Shown here: piece after piece, positions 5,389 to 6,563 of the stretch | How the letters are laid out: each line of letters begins with the position of its first letter | Numbering within the stretch: position 1 is the first letter of the stretch | Made by a program: the position numbers and the translations under genes | NCBI GenBank assembly: GCA_964510585.1 | Contig: CAZECW010000092.1 | Coordinates: 1-6,563, forward strand | DNA: 6,563 nucleotides | Direction: 5' to 3' | Origin: an uncultured archaeon | Lineage (GTDB): Archaea; Asgardarchaeota; Jordiarchaeia; Jordiarchaeales; Jordiarchaeaceae | Notes under the pieces: model-generated | Database searches by the model: none | Told to the model about the DNA's origin: nothing | Seen by the model: the letters and a program-made list of their open reading frames with translations, nothing else

Positions 5389-6563
5389 ATGACGAGTAAT
5401 GGAGATGCTGAAGAGATTGCGCGAGAGGTGTTCTCTACTCTTGGAATAAACAATCCATACTTGGAACAATTAGAAGTTTTTAATCATATATATCTTAATG
5501 CGAAGAAGGGAGTCGCTCCATTCACATTTGTAAAATTGCCTTGTGGTTATGGTAAGACTGAAAGTGCGATTGCCCCCTTCTTCGCCCAGTTTTCTATCGG
5601 TGAGTGGTATTTAGCGCCTCGTATGATCTATGTTCTGCCGACACAGGCACTATGTCAACAGATTAAAAACAGAATCACTGAAAAGGTAAGTAGGATTAAT
5701 CCAAAATTAGTAGTAGAGTCACATCATGGTTCTCATCCTTTAGATGCGTATTTCTTTTCAGATGTTGTTGTTACAACTTTAGATCAGTTCTTGTATGGAT
5801 ATGTAAGGACATATAAACATCTTATAAGCCAGATAGATTTACCTGCAGGGAGCATTGCTCTTTCCTATGTTGTTTTCGACGAGGCGCATATGTATAGTCC
5901 ATATACACATGCGCTAATGCGCGCAATGATCGAAATTCTGAACAAATCAAATGTTCCATTTACTTTAATGACCGCAACAATGCCTGATTCTCTTTGTAAT
6001 GACTTTAAAAGAGATTTGATTAACTTAAAGGAGGTATCATATAAAAGGGGTAAAGTAATTGAAAGGAGTCTTAGTGTAGAAATTAAAAATGAGGAGTTAG
6101 TACCAAATAATACGGACAACTCTGCTCTTAAAGAGGCTGAAGATGGAGAGCGAGTATTAGTTGTTTGCAATACTGTAGGTGGAGCAATTAAGTTCTATAA
6201 TAAAATAAAAGAAAGAAGAGACGATGTTGTATTAATTCATGCAAGATTTACTGTTAGTGACAGAAACGATAAAGAGGAGAAAATTATTGAAAAACTTGGA
6301 AAGAAGGGTTCAGGAGGTATTGTGGTCTCAACACAAGTTTGCGAAGTTGGTTTGGATATAAGCGCAGATATTTTATTAACAGAGTGCGCTCCAGCAGACT
6401 CATTGATCCAAAGAATCGGCAGATGCGCAAGATGGGAAAGAGCAAATGAAATTTCCAGAGGAAAAGTTATAATCTACAAAGCCAGAGATTTTCCACCTTA
6501 CTTTGAAAAACATTTAAGCGATACTTGGGAATATCTAAATAAAAATAAGGTAGACTCCTGTAA
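5389..6563 (+). CDS. cas3: CRISPR-associated helicase Cas3' (no N-terminal HD domain), truncated by the window edge
   Basis: My translation is open for 391 codons to the window end; the terminal 'taa' is out of frame. Motifs: LPCGYGKTE (motif I, from residue 50), IYVLPTQAL, VVVTTLDQF, DEAH (5878), MTAT, LVVCNTV, IHARF, STQVCEVGLDI and QRIGRCAR (6409). These are Cas3-type SF2 motifs, and the gene is next to cas1/2/4. Confidence 0.95.
   Translation, partial: MTSNGDAEEIAREVFSTLGINNPYLEQLEVFNHIYLNAKKGVAPFTFVKLPCGYGKTESAIAPFFAQFSIGEWYLAPRMIYVLPTQALCQQIKNRITEKVSRINPKLVVESHHGSHPLDAYFFSDVVVTTLDQFLYGYVRTYKHLISQIDLPAGSIALSYVVFDEAHMYSPYTHALMRAMIEILNKSNVPFTLMTATMPDSLCNDFKRDLINLKEVSYKRGKVIERSLSVEIKNEELVPNNTDNSALKEAEDGERVLVVCNTVGGAIKFYNKIKERRDDVVLIHARFTVSDRNDKEEKIIEKLGKKGSGGIVVSTQVCEVGLDISADILLTECAPADSLIQRIGRCARWERANEISRGKVIIYKARDFPPYFEKHLSDTWEYLNKNKVDSC

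Noticed and set aside
5278-6170. Minus-strand ORFs 5278-5469 and 5865-6170
   Set aside because: They are antisense to cas3 or its promoter and show no family signal.
1-6563. CRISPR array
   Set aside because: I found no regularly spaced direct repeats of 25-40 nt on either strand. Only one loosely repeat-like sequence is present (1958-1990), reported as speculative.
6561-6563. Terminal TAA as the cas3 stop codon
   Set aside because: It is out of frame. The cas3 frame reads ...GAC TCC TGT AA and continues past the window.

Overview
Probably an archaeal defence locus, judging from BRE/TATA-like boxes, GGTGA-type Shine-Dalgarno sites and the gene families present. From left to right on the minus strand: the start of a UPF0175-like antitoxin running off the window (1-90) and a DUF3368-like PIN-type toxin broken by two compensating frameshifts (90-611). 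On the plus strand: a decayed Zn-ribbon, transposase-like fragment (831-1221), an intact pRiA4b ORF-3/TnpR-family gene (1323-1916), a structured ~420-nt non-coding region with no CRISPR array, and a tightly coupled four-gene operon of a Cys-rich DUF2797-like gene, cas1, cas2 and cas4 (2339-5163). After a 225-nt gap comes a cas3 helicase with no N-terminal HD domain, which runs off the window and is missing from the ORF track (5389 to end). The most interesting observation is the DUF2797-like protein. It has a GIY-YIG/T5orf172-like motif and occupies the first position of the adaptation operon, where type I-A systems carry csa1. All family assignments come from motif recognition by eye, with no database search.
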